This document shows positions 35,521 through 44,822 of a stretch of 64,000 nucleotides of DNA, piece after piece. The translations under genes and the position numbers were made by a program. Numbering within the stretch: position 1 is the first letter of the stretch; every line of letters starts with the position of its first letter. The DNA is taken from assembly GCA_963738285.1 (NCBI GenBank), contig CAVTVX010000009.1, forward strand, positions 96,909 through 160,908. The letters are read 5' to 3'. Source of the stretch: an uncultured Gammaproteobacteria bacterium (GTDB lineage Bacteria; Pseudomonadota; Gammaproteobacteria; Steroidobacterales; Steroidobacteraceae). The notes beneath the pieces were generated by a model. It had not been told where the DNA came from. It did no database searches and worked only from the letters and a program-made list of their open reading frames with translations.

Positions 35521-37197
35521 TCAGTAGCTACGCTTCGTCTGGACCAGGAACTGGACACGGTCGATCGTGTTCGGCCCGTCCAGCGGAAATGCGATGTCGA
35601 TGTGAAGCACATTTCCGAGCGCCGAGCGCGTGCTGCCGAGTCGCAGCCCGAAACCGACATCCTTGAGAAGGCCGAGGTTTCCGGTCGGACCGAAAGCGGA
35701 GTCGCCCCAGGTCCGACCCATGTCGAAAAAGACCGCCGCGCCCACGTCGGCAAGCTTCCAGAGCGAATACTTCGTATAGAAACGCTCTTCGATGGTCAGC
35801 AGCGACGTGGCGCTGCCGGCCTGGAATCGCAGCGGGTAGCCGCGAAGTCCCGTGTCGCCGCCGAGCGTCAGCTCGTGATCGGCGTCCAGGTCGCTTCCGG
35901 CCCCCGCCGAGATGCCCGCGAAGAACACGCGACTTTTCCCGGCCGGGTGGTAGAAACGCAGGCCCGCCCACAACAGGCTGTCAGTCGGCGTCCCGCCCTC
36001 CAGGCGAGACGTGAGAGCGCCGTCGGCAAAAAGCGTGTCGGCCGTCCCGAGGCGCCAGCCGCGGTCCAGCTCCGAGTGCAGCATGGCCGCGTTCCGGTCC
36101 GCGCCCAACGCGGGCGTGGACCATCCGAGTTCAATCGAATAGCGCAGTCCAAAATGCTGGTCCTCGGTGCGCGCAATCTGATCGCGATTGCGGGTCGTCT
36201 CGAAATCGTCCTGCACGCCCTCGATGCGCAGGTAGGGATAGTCCAGCCGGCGATCCTCGGGCAGTGTCAGGGGTGCAGTCTCGTCGGGCGCGAGGTCGAA
36301 CGCTGCATGGTCGCGACGCAGCCCGACAATCGTGCGACGGACCCAGCCCCCGCGAAGCCCGTCCGAACGCCCAAAGCGGAGGTCGGCGAATTCCGCCCGC
36401 TGCCCGTAGCCTGCAACCCGTTGCCCAAGGCGATAGACCGGCTCGACCGTCTCGTCCCGCTGCAGCGCGATGCCCGCACTCCAGTGGCTCTCGAGCGAAT
36501 AGAATGGCCGCTCGACCAGGACACTCCAGCCCTGTCCGTCGTCGCTGTCGCGGAATGCGATGTCGTACAGCCAACGGCCGCTGCGGACGTCGGGATCTCG
36601 CCAGTGCAGAGTGGACGAGCTGCGATCCGGATTGGTCGAGAGCTCGAATGAGAGCTGCTTGCCGAAACCCAGCAGATTCAGTTCTTCGAGCTTGATGCCC
36701 CCGGAATTCTTGCCACCGCTGCGTCCGAACGTCACGCCGATGTCCGTGGTCCAGACTTCCCGGACGACGATCTCGAGATCGGCCGTCCCATTGCGACAAT
36801 GGATTGCGTGCACGGACGGTTCGCGGATGAAGCGGAGGTCGCGGAGATTTCGCTCGGTCTCCTCGATCTGCCGTCGCGAGACCGGGTCGCCGGGCCGGAA
36901 CAGGAGTTGCGACTCGATCACCAGGTCGCGCGTGTCGATGTGCAGGCGGTCGGCCAGCCGGTAGAAAGCCTGATGCCTGGCCTCGGGGTCGACGTCGAAG
37001 ATCGGGAGGTCGCGCAGGCGGATGGATCCGATCCGGTAACCCAGGGCCTCGAGTTCCGAAATGTCGGGACACGCGATTGATTCACCGGCTGCGGGCGGGT
37101 CGGCGGCTGCCGCCGCTGAACCCGCGGCCGAGGCAAGCCACGACGCGAGCAGCAGTGCCGGCCGCATGCTCGCAGCGCGATGGGCGGCATGCTTCAT
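35521..37197 (-). CDS. Omp85-superfamily (BamA/TamA/ShlB-like) outer-membrane protein with a single POTRA-like domain
   Basis: 558 aa with a signal peptide. A POTRA-like N-terminal segment (IGSIRLRDLPIFD...LEIVVREVWTT) is followed by a large beta-barrel ending in FLVQTKRSY. Confidence 0.7.
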   Translation of the reverse strand: MKHAAHRAASMRPALLLASWLASAAGSAAAAADPPAAGESIACPDISELEALGYRIGSIRLRDLPIFDVDPEARHQAFYRLADRLHIDTRDLVIESQLLFRPGDPVSRRQIEETERNLRDLRFIREPSVHAIHCRNGTADLEIVVREVWTTDIGVTFGRSGGKNSGGIKLEELNLLGFGKQLSFELSTNPDRSSSTLHWRDPDVRSGRWLYDIAFRDSDDGQGWSVLVERPFYSLESHWSAGIALQRDETVEPVYRLGQRVAGYGQRAEFADLRFGRSDGLRGGWVRRTIVGLRRDHAAFDLAPDETAPLTLPEDRRLDYPYLRIEGVQDDFETTRNRDQIARTEDQHFGLRYSIELGWSTPALGADRNAAMLHSELDRGWRLGTADTLFADGALTSRLEGGTPTDSLLWAGLRFYHPAGKSRVFFAGISAGAGSDLDADHELTLGGDTGLRGYPLRFQAGSATSLLTIEERFYTKYSLWKLADVGAAVFFDMGRTWGDSAFGPTGNLGLLKDVGFGLRLGSTRSALGNVLHIDIAFPLDGPNTIDRVQFLVQTKRSY

Positions 37198-37270
37198 GTC
37201 ACCGGCAATTGTAAGTGCGCGTCAGCAGCCCGGTCGACCTGACCTGCGCGGACAGGATGTCCTGCCGAAT

Positions 37271-37957
37271 TCAGTCGAGGCCGACCGCCACCGCCGGCTG
37301 CGAAAAGCGCTTGCGCGATTCGAGCCAGGCCCACAGCGCGTCCCACTGCTGCAACTCCGGATGTACGCGGGCGGGATTCATGTCGTGCAGGCCAAGGCCC
37401 TGCTCGCCGGCGTAGACGTAGTACTGGGAATCGCGAAGGGTGGTCACGACCGGAATCTGCATCTGGTCTAGGAAGCGCATCAGTGTGCGGAAGATGATCG
37501 TGTTCGGCTTGACGCGGTTCGCGATCACGGCGAGGCGATTCTCGCGCCGCTTGATCTTGCCATTGATCAGGAGGTGCCCGATGCAGCGCGAACAGGCGTG
37601 AATGTCGGCATCCGAAGGCATCACGGGCACGAGCACCGCATCCGCCTCGCGCACGTGCTCGTTGAACTGGTGGGCCTGCAGGGCCGCCGGCGTGTCGACG
37701 ACGACGCGGTCCGTCCCGGGCGGAACCCGCAACTGGAAGCTGCGTGTCACGCCGAGCGTGCGTGCGTAGGCGGCAATCCCGTGTATTGGCGGCTGGCGCG
37801 GAGAACGCCTTTCGAGCCAGCGCGAGCTCGAGCCCTGGGAATCGAAGTCCATCAGCACCGGCCGGTAGCCGCGGGCCGCGTACATGGCGGCGATGCCGGT
37901 GGCGATCGTCGACTTGCCCGAGCCGCCTTTGGGGTTGAGCAGAACGATGCGAAGCAT
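37271..37957 (-). CDS. ParA/MinD-family P-loop ATPase (orphan, no parB seen)
   Basis: 228 aa with the deviant Walker A NPKGGSGKST and the sequence VVVDTPA. Confidence 0.8.
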   Translation of the reverse strand: MLRIVLLNPKGGSGKSTIATGIAAMYAARGYRPVLMDFDSQGSSSRWLERRSPRQPPIHGIAAYARTLGVTRSFQLRVPPGTDRVVVDTPAALQAHQFNEHVREADAVLVPVMPSDADIHACSRCIGHLLINGKIKRRENRLAVIANRVKPNTIIFRTLMRFLDQMQIPVVTTLRDSQYYVYAGEQGLGLHDMNPARVHPELQQWDALWAWLESRKRFSQPAVAVGLD

Positions 37958-38029
37958 GGCACCCCCCGAGCCCGGAACCAGATTACGCCCTCTGGCGCGC
38001 AGCGGGTATACTCATGAAAAACGCGTGTA

Positions 38030-39304
38030 ATGCCAATGACTTACGCTAGCAAACCTCGAATCGTCATTGTCGGCGCCGGCTTTGGCGGTCTGGCAGCCGC
38101 CCAGGGTCTGGGCAGCGTTGACGCCGATATCACACTGATCGATCGGGAAAATCACCATCTGTTCCAGCCGCTCCTGTACCAGGTGGCGACCGCCGGACTC
38201 TCGCCGGCGGAAATCGCCTGGCCGGTCCGTCGCCTGATGCGGCGCCAGCTCAATACCCGCGTGCTGATGGGCGAGGTCACGTCGGTCGATGCCGCGCGCA
38301 AGGTCGTGATGCTCGATGCCGCACCGATCGCCTACGACTTTCTCGTGATCGCGACCGGCGCGACTCATGGTTACTACGGGCGGGACGAATGGGCGGAACA
38401 TGCGCCCGGGCTCAAGACGCTGGATGACGCGACCGCGATACGCAGGCGCATCCTGCTCGCATACGAACGCGCGGAGATGGCGTCGAATCCGGCCGAAATT
38501 GCGCGGCTGCTGACGGTGGTCATCGTCGGCGGCGGCCCGACGGGCGTCGAGCTTGCGGGCGCCGTCGCCGAACTCGGGCGCCGCACGCTTGCGCGCGACT
38601 TTCGCGTCATCGATCCGCGGAATACGCGCGTGCTCCTGATCGAGGCGGGGCCGCGACTGTTGGCGAATTTTCCAGAAAGGCTGTCGCACTACACGGCGGT
38701 CGCCCTGCATCGCCTCGGCGTCGAGCTGCGCCTCGACCAGGCCGTGACGCACTGCGACGGCGCAGGCGTGCGAGTCGGCGAGGAATTCATCCGCGCAGGA
38801 ACGGTCGTGTGGGCCGCAGGCGTGCGCGGCTCGCCGGCCGCGCGCTGGCTCGGGCTACCACCCGATCGGGCGGGCCGCGTGATCGTCGGGCCGGACTTGC
38901 GGGCGCCGGGGCACGACGACATCCATGTGATCGGCGATACTGCGGCCGCCCGGAATCCGGATGGAACGCCCCAGCCCGGGATCGCGCCGGCCGCACAGCA
39001 GCAGGGCGCCTACGTGGCGCGCTCGATCGCGGCACGCATCGCCGGGAGGCAGCTGCCGCCGCCATTTGTCTATCGCGACCGCGGACTGTTCGCGACCATC
39101 GGCCGCAAGGCGGCCGTCATCGTCTACGGGCGGATGCGGCTCTCCGGCTGGCCTGCCTGGTGGATCTGGGGCGCGGCGCACGTCTACTTTCTCGTGAGCC
39201 TGCGCAATCGGCTCATCGTCGTGACGCAATGGCTGTGGTCCTACCTGCTCTTCGAGCGGGGCGCGCGGCTGATCACGGGGTCCGACGACGACTCACGTCG
39301 CTAG
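38030..39304 (+). CDS. ndh: type II NADH:quinone oxidoreductase (NDH-2)
   Basis: 424 aa with IVIVGAGFGGLAAA and a second dinucleotide fold VVIVGGGPTGVELAG. Confidence 0.85.
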   Translation: MPMTYASKPRIVIVGAGFGGLAAAQGLGSVDADITLIDRENHHLFQPLLYQVATAGLSPAEIAWPVRRLMRRQLNTRVLMGEVTSVDAARKVVMLDAAPIAYDFLVIATGATHGYYGRDEWAEHAPGLKTLDDATAIRRRILLAYERAEMASNPAEIARLLTVVIVGGGPTGVELAGAVAELGRRTLARDFRVIDPRNTRVLLIEAGPRLLANFPERLSHYTAVALHRLGVELRLDQAVTHCDGAGVRVGEEFIRAGTVVWAAGVRGSPAARWLGLPPDRAGRVIVGPDLRAPGHDDIHVIGDTAAARNPDGTPQPGIAPAAQQQGAYVARSIAARIAGRQLPPPFVYRDRGLFATIGRKAAVIVYGRMRLSGWPAWWIWGAAHVYFLVSLRNRLIVVTQWLWSYLLFERGARLITGSDDDSRR

Positions 39305-39383
39305 ACCGCGACAGAATGCCCAAACCGCCACGCTCCTGCCTGACTCCAAGTGTCGGTGACATTCACTGTACGGGAGCAAGAAA

Positions 39384-39782
39384 ATGAAGCGCGCATATGC
39401 ATTGATGGCGATAACCCTGTTCCTGGCCGGGTGCGGCACAAGCAGCAGTCTGGGCACGGCGGCGGACCGGCTCGACCGTTCGGCTCACCGGTTCTATGAA
39501 GACACACATTTCTCCCATGCGTCCGTACATACGACGGACGATGCTGCCATGCTCGTCGACGCGACCCGCGACTTCAGCTATGCGGTGGACCGGTCGCGCT
39601 CGCGCGATGAACTCCAGCCGAGCTTCGACCGCGTCGCGGAACGCTACCATCGTCTTCGGCAACAAGTTGACAATCATGTTTCGCCTTATGGGGAGGCGGG
39701 CCTCGCATTCGACCGCGTGACCGAGGCATACCTTGACGTCGATCGCGCCTTGAACCATCCGGAAAGCACGTATCGCCATTGA
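39384..39782 (+). CDS. small lipoprotein, function unknown
   Basis: 132 aa with lipobox LFLAGCG. Confidence 0.5.
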   Translation: MKRAYALMAITLFLAGCGTSSSLGTAADRLDRSAHRFYEDTHFSHASVHTTDDAAMLVDATRDFSYAVDRSRSRDELQPSFDRVAERYHRLRQQVDNHVSPYGEAGLAFDRVTEAYLDVDRALNHPESTYRH

Positions 39783-39893
39783 GCGCCGACGCGCCCGCGC
39801 CCTCTGCGCCCGGCTCCAGGCAGCTCCTCTGCAGCCTGAACGCCTGGGCGCGAGAGCCAGGATTTCCGGGCCGCTTGCAGGTATCGTCCGCGG

Positions 39894-40082
39894 ATGCCGC
39901 AAAGGAAAGACCGGAAGAAGAGGGTCTTCACAGGGGTCTATTTCGACCGCGCCCAGCACGATGCGCTGCGCGCCCTCAGTGACCGGACTCGCGTCCCGCT
40001 TGCCGCCTACCTGCGGGAAGCCGTGGACATGCTGCTCGACCGATATGGCGCCAAGGTTTCCGGCGCGAAGACCCGAAAATGA
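39894..40082 (+). CDS. ribbon-helix-helix (CopG-like) DNA-binding protein
   Basis: 62 aa. The sequence RVFTGVYFDRAQHDALRALSDRTRVPLAAYLREAVDMLL fits a beta-strand/helix/helix pattern. Its stop overlaps the next start (ATGA). Confidence 0.6.
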   Translation: MPQRKDRKKRVFTGVYFDRAQHDALRALSDRTRVPLAAYLREAVDMLLDRYGAKVSGAKTRK

Positions 40083-41794
40083 GGATCAATCGCAGGGAGC
40101 TGCTGGCCGCGGGCGCGCTCGGGGCTTCCGTCATGGCCACCGGCCGGTTCCGGGTCAGCGAAGCGCAGGCCGTGGGCGGCACGGACCGGTATGCCGGTAT
40201 TTATTCCGAGCTCGATCGGTTTGCCGAACGCTTCATGCACGACATGAATTCCCCCGGCATGACACTGGTGCTGGCCGACCGCGACGCGGTTCATCGGGTC
40301 GTGACCTATGGATTCGGCGACCTCGAGCACTGGAAGGCCGTGCAGGCCGACGAACTGTTCGAGATCGGCTCGATATCCAAATCGTTCCTGGCGCTTGCGC
40401 TGCTGCAGCTTCGTGACGAAGGGAAGCTCGATCTGCACCGGCCAGTCGGCGAATACCTGCCATGGCTTCGCATCCGGTCGCGCTTCGAGCCGGTCACGGC
40501 GCACCACCTGTTGACGCACTCTTCCGGTGTTTCGGGCGGATGGGAAGTCTTCCCGTCGGATCCGGACCAGGGTCATCGCGCCGCGTATGCGCCGGGTGAA
40601 CGCTTCCACTACAACAACATGCTCTACGAAGTGCTGGGTTACCTCGTCTGGACGCTCGACGGGAGGGAATTACCGGACGTCCTGCGTGACCGCATCTTCC
40701 GGCCGCTCGGCATGGCGCAGAGCGAGCCCGCGATTACGTTCGACATGCGCGAGAAGCTCGCGAAGAACTATGCGCCATTCCTCGCAGACCGGCCCTATCC
40801 GCGCTTCGGGCGATTGTGCGAAGCGCCCGGCCTGGTCCTGACCTCGGGCGCCGGCTGCATCGCGTCCAGCGCACGCGACATGGGCGCGTACCTGCGGATG
40901 ATCGCCAATCACGGCCAGTGCGCCGGCGGCAGGCTCGTATCCGAGGAGGCGTTCAGGCTTTTCTCGAGCCCTCACGTGCTTGCCGGGGATTTCGGGCCCG
41001 GTGCCCATTACGGATATGGCATCGCAGTCGATGTGCTGGACGGCAACCGGCTGTTGAGGCACACCGGCGGCATGGTTTCGTTCATGTCGTCGCTGATGGT
41101 CGATATCGACGAGGGCCTGGGCGGCTTTGCGTCGGTCAATGCACAGCAGGACTATCGGCCGAATGCCGTCGTCAAGTATGCGATCCAGCTCATGCGGGCC
41201 CAGCGCGCGAGCAAGCCACTCCCGGCGATGCCTGGACCGGACTCCCAGGAGACGGTGGAGAATGCCGCCGGATTCGCAGGCGTCTATGCAGGCGGCCAAC
41301 GCGGCCTCGAATTCGTGGCCGACGGCGACAGGCTATTCGTCGTGCACGAGGGCAAGCGCGTTCCACTGGAGCGCTTGAGCGAGCCGGACCATTTCGTCGC
41401 CCGCCATCCCGCATTTGAGCGCTTTGCCCTGGTGTTCGGCCGCGAGGATCCGGATGCCCCCGGCAGCGCGGTGACCGAGGTCGGCTGGGGCGGCGACTGG
41501 TACCGGAATCCGAATTACGCCGGACCGGTCGAGTTCAGCCATCCGCCCGCGTGGGAGAGCTACGTCGGACACTATCGAAACGACAACCCATGGCTCGGCA
41601 GCCTGCGTATCGTCCTGCGCAAGGGCAGACTGATGACGGACGGGACCACGGCGCTCGAACCGGACGGCGACCTGTTCCGCCTGCGCAGCGGCCCTGACGA
41701 CACCGAATGGATCCGTTTCGGCGAGATCGTGAACGGCCGCTGCATGCGCCTGAAGTTCTCCGGGAGCGATTTCTGGCGGGTCGCCACCGCGTGA
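40079..41794 (+). CDS. serine hydrolase of the beta-lactamase/PBP (class C-like) family, Tat signal
   Basis: 571 aa with RRELLAAGALGASVMA and the SxxK motif GSISKSF. Confidence 0.8.
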   Translation: MRINRRELLAAGALGASVMATGRFRVSEAQAVGGTDRYAGIYSELDRFAERFMHDMNSPGMTLVLADRDAVHRVVTYGFGDLEHWKAVQADELFEIGSISKSFLALALLQLRDEGKLDLHRPVGEYLPWLRIRSRFEPVTAHHLLTHSSGVSGGWEVFPSDPDQGHRAAYAPGERFHYNNMLYEVLGYLVWTLDGRELPDVLRDRIFRPLGMAQSEPAITFDMREKLAKNYAPFLADRPYPRFGRLCEAPGLVLTSGAGCIASSARDMGAYLRMIANHGQCAGGRLVSEEAFRLFSSPHVLAGDFGPGAHYGYGIAVDVLDGNRLLRHTGGMVSFMSSLMVDIDEGLGGFASVNAQQDYRPNAVVKYAIQLMRAQRASKPLPAMPGPDSQETVENAAGFAGVYAGGQRGLEFVADGDRLFVVHEGKRVPLERLSEPDHFVARHPAFERFALVFGREDPDAPGSAVTEVGWGGDWYRNPNYAGPVEFSHPPAWESYVGHYRNDNPWLGSLRIVLRKGRLMTDGTTALEPDGDLFRLRSGPDDTEWIRFGEIVNGRCMRLKFSGSDFWRVATA

Positions 41795-41905
41795 AATAAC
41801 CCTTGGAAGCGGATGGCTGTCCGCTCCATGACTTCGGCATTGGCCTCGGGCATCATGCGGTCGGGCGGCGTTTCGATATCACGCCGCATCCAGACGAGCG
41901 GGGAC

Positions 41906-43507
41906 ATGCCGGTGTCTAGCGCAGTGTTCGACGTCGTCGTCATCGGCGGCGGCCACAATGGACTCACCTGCGGCGCCTATCTCGCCAGGGCCGGCAAGAG
42001 AGTCCTCGTGCTCGAGCGCCGGAGCGTGATCGGCGGCGCGGCCGTGACCGAGGAATTTTCGCCGGGTTTCCGGACATCGACCTTTTCCTACGTCATGAGC
42101 CTGCTGCATCCGAAAGTCATTCGGGATCTCGGACTGAGGGACCTCGGCCTGACCGTGCTGCCGGCCACGGACCTGTTCTGTCCGATCGGTACCGACGACT
42201 ACATCGTGTTCAGCGGCGACGTGCGCAAGACCGCCGCCCAATTTGCGCGCTTCTCGCGTCGCGACGGAGAAATCTACCCGCAATTCGATGCCTGGCTGAA
42301 CGAAGCCGCCGACGTCGTGCGAAAGCTGCTGCTCGACACGCCGGTCGATCCCACGAGGCGCGATCTCAAGGGCCTGGCCGATCTGCTCGGGCTCGCCTGG
42401 AAGTACCGCAAGATCGGCGGGAAGTTCTACCGGCTAGTGGACCTGATGACCATGAGCGCGGACGACTTCCTCGCCCGCTGGTTCGAACACAGCGTCACGC
42501 GGGCCGTGCTCGGCTATTACTGTTCGATCGGCACGTTCGCCGGGCCGAAGACGCCCGGATCGGCCTACGTCGTACTGCACCACATCATGGGCGAACACGA
42601 AGGCGCCGGCGGATGGGGCTTCATCCGCGGCGGCATGGGCATGATCAGCGAGGCCATCGCCGAATGCGGCCGGCGACATGACATGCAGATACGGACGAAC
42701 GCCGAAGTGGCACGGGTCGAGGTCGCCGACGGTCGCGTATGCCGCGTGATCACGACCGGGGGCGACGAATATTCGGCGCGGGCAGTCGTCAGCAACGCCA
42801 GCTGCAAGGTCCTGTTCGACCGCCTGATCTCGCCCGAGCATCTGCCAGCGGATTTCCTGAAGCACATCCGCGACTACCGGACCTTCTCGACGGCATTCAA
42901 GATCAACGTCGCCGCGGAATCGCCGCCCCGCTTTGCGGCCTTCGACGCGGCACGATGCGGATTCGATTCGCCGAACTACGTCCATATCGGCCCGACCGTC
43001 GAGTACCTCCAGGCTGCGTACGAGGATGCCTGCCACGGGCGTTACTCGAGCCGGCCTTTCATTACCGCCGTCGTGCCGACCACGGTCGACGACAGCCTTG
43101 CGCCGCGCGGCAAGCACGTCGTCAACCTGTTCGGCGGCCATGCGCCGTATGCGCTGGACGGGTGCAGTTGGGACGATGCGCGGCCGGCCTTCGTAAAGAA
43201 CGTCTTTGACACCATCGACGACGTGGCGCCGGGTTTCAGCGACGGGATCATCGACAGCCAGGTGCTGCTGCCACCCGACATCGAGCGCATCATCAATACG
43301 CCGCAGGGTCATATTTTTCACGGCGAGCTCGCACTCGAACAGCTTTTCTTCCAGCGGCCCGCTCCGCACTACTCGGACTACCGTTCGCCGATCCGCGGCC
43401 TGTATCAATGCGGCTCCTCCACGCATCCGGGCGGCGGCGTGTCAGGCATACCGGGCCACAATGCGGCGCGCGAAGTCCTGCGGGACTGGAACCGGCTTTC
43501 CGGGTGA
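41906..43507 (+). CDS. phytoene-desaturase-family (CrtI-like) NAD(P)/FAD-dependent oxidoreductase
   Basis: Trimmed to MPVSSAVFDVVVIGGGHNGLTCGAYLARAGKRVLVLE, with a C-terminal CGSSTHPGGGVSG. Confidence 0.8.
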   Translation: MPVSSAVFDVVVIGGGHNGLTCGAYLARAGKRVLVLERRSVIGGAAVTEEFSPGFRTSTFSYVMSLLHPKVIRDLGLRDLGLTVLPATDLFCPIGTDDYIVFSGDVRKTAAQFARFSRRDGEIYPQFDAWLNEAADVVRKLLLDTPVDPTRRDLKGLADLLGLAWKYRKIGGKFYRLVDLMTMSADDFLARWFEHSVTRAVLGYYCSIGTFAGPKTPGSAYVVLHHIMGEHEGAGGWGFIRGGMGMISEAIAECGRRHDMQIRTNAEVARVEVADGRVCRVITTGGDEYSARAVVSNASCKVLFDRLISPEHLPADFLKHIRDYRTFSTAFKINVAAESPPRFAAFDAARCGFDSPNYVHIGPTVEYLQAAYEDACHGRYSSRPFITAVVPTTVDDSLAPRGKHVVNLFGGHAPYALDGCSWDDARPAFVKNVFDTIDDVAPGFSDGIIDSQVLLPPDIERIINTPQGHIFHGELALEQLFFQRPAPHYSDYRSPIRGLYQCGSSTHPGGGVSGIPGHNAAREVLRDWNRLSG

Positions 43508-43511
43508 TGCC

Positions 43512-44807
43512 GTGACGCAGGCGCACGACGACGGGATCGACGAACTGATCGGGCGCCAGCGCCCGGGTTATGCGCTCGAAAGGGCGTTCTATACGGATCC
43601 CGAGATTTACGAGCGCGACCGCCGTCGTGTTCTGCGGAATCACTGGGTGCTGGCCGCGCACGCGTCGCAACTGGCGAAACCCGGCGATTTCAGGCTGTTC
43701 GACATCGCCGGCGACAACGTCATTCTCATTCGCGGCCGCGACGGCGGGATTCACGGGCATTACAACGTGTGCCGCCATCGCGGGAGCCGTGTCCTGCTGC
43801 AGCCCAGCGGCAACGTGTCGTCGATGACCTGCCCCTATCACGGATGGAACTACGCGCAGGAGGGCTCGCTTCGCGCCGCCACGCATATGCCCGATGGCTT
43901 CGATCGGAGCCGTTTCGGATTGATGCCGTGCCGCGTACGGGTTCTCGAGGGCCTGGTCTTCATCTGCCTGGGTGACGAGAGCGCGCCGGATTTCCAGGCC
44001 GTCGCCGAAGTCCTGACGCCGTTTCTCGCGCTGCATGGAACCGGCGCGGCACGCGTTGCCGAGCAGCGCACGTTCTCGGTGCGCGCGAACTGGAAGCTCG
44101 CCGTGGAGAATTACCTGGAGTGCTACCACTGCAAGCCGGCACACCGGGAATACTGCGCCGTGGAGATCAAGGCGGACAAGATCGGCGACGCGTCGCCGGC
44201 TGCGGCCAGGCGCTATGAAGCCCGCGAGCGCGACTGGCGGATGCAGGCGGCCCGCCTGGGAACGCTGGTTCCTGACGCCGGCATGAATCTGCCGCTCGAC
44301 GACAGGCTGCCCAGGGCGCCCATCGCGGCCGCCTACCGCGCGCCGCTGCGCGCATCGCACGTCACCGCCACGGAGGACGGCCGGCCGGCCGCGCCGCTGA
44401 TGGGCGGATTCACCGAGTACGACGGCGGGGAGACGGCCCTGGCCGCAGATCCGCTGACTTACATGCTCGCTTACAACGATCACGCGGTATTCTTCGCCTT
44501 CGTTCCGCGCGATGTCGTCCACACCGACATCGTCTGTACCTGGCTCGTGCGCGGGGACGCGCAGGAGGGCGAGCACTACGAGCTGGCGCGCCTGACCTGG
44601 CTGTGGACCCGGACGACGGAACAGGACAAGGCCATCATCGAGGCGAATGCAGCGGGCGTCGGCTCGCCGAGTTTCCAGCCGGGCCCGGCCTCGGTGCTGG
44701 AGTCGGACGTTTCGGCCTTCCGCGAGTGGTATCTGTCGTCGATCGGACCCGCGGGCAGGCCCTCCCGGCTGCGTGAACTGCGCGGTGGCCGCTATTTCAC
44801 GGCCTGA
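43512..44807 (+). CDS. Rieske [2Fe-2S] oxygenase alpha subunit (choline-monooxygenase/GbcA-like catalytic domain)
   Basis: GTG start at 43512. The Rieske motifs are CRHRGSRV and CPYHGW. The catalytic-domain motif is ENYLECYHCKPAH. Confidence 0.8.
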   Translation: MTQAHDDGIDELIGRQRPGYALERAFYTDPEIYERDRRRVLRNHWVLAAHASQLAKPGDFRLFDIAGDNVILIRGRDGGIHGHYNVCRHRGSRVLLQPSGNVSSMTCPYHGWNYAQEGSLRAATHMPDGFDRSRFGLMPCRVRVLEGLVFICLGDESAPDFQAVAEVLTPFLALHGTGAARVAEQRTFSVRANWKLAVENYLECYHCKPAHREYCAVEIKADKIGDASPAAARRYEARERDWRMQAARLGTLVPDAGMNLPLDDRLPRAPIAAAYRAPLRASHVTATEDGRPAAPLMGGFTEYDGGETALAADPLTYMLAYNDHAVFFAFVPRDVVHTDIVCTWLVRGDAQEGEHYELARLTWLWTRTTEQDKAIIEANAAGVGSPSFQPGPASVLESDVSAFREWYLSSIGPAGRPSRLRELRGGRYFTA

Positions 44808-44822
44808 ACCGGGTCCCGCGCC

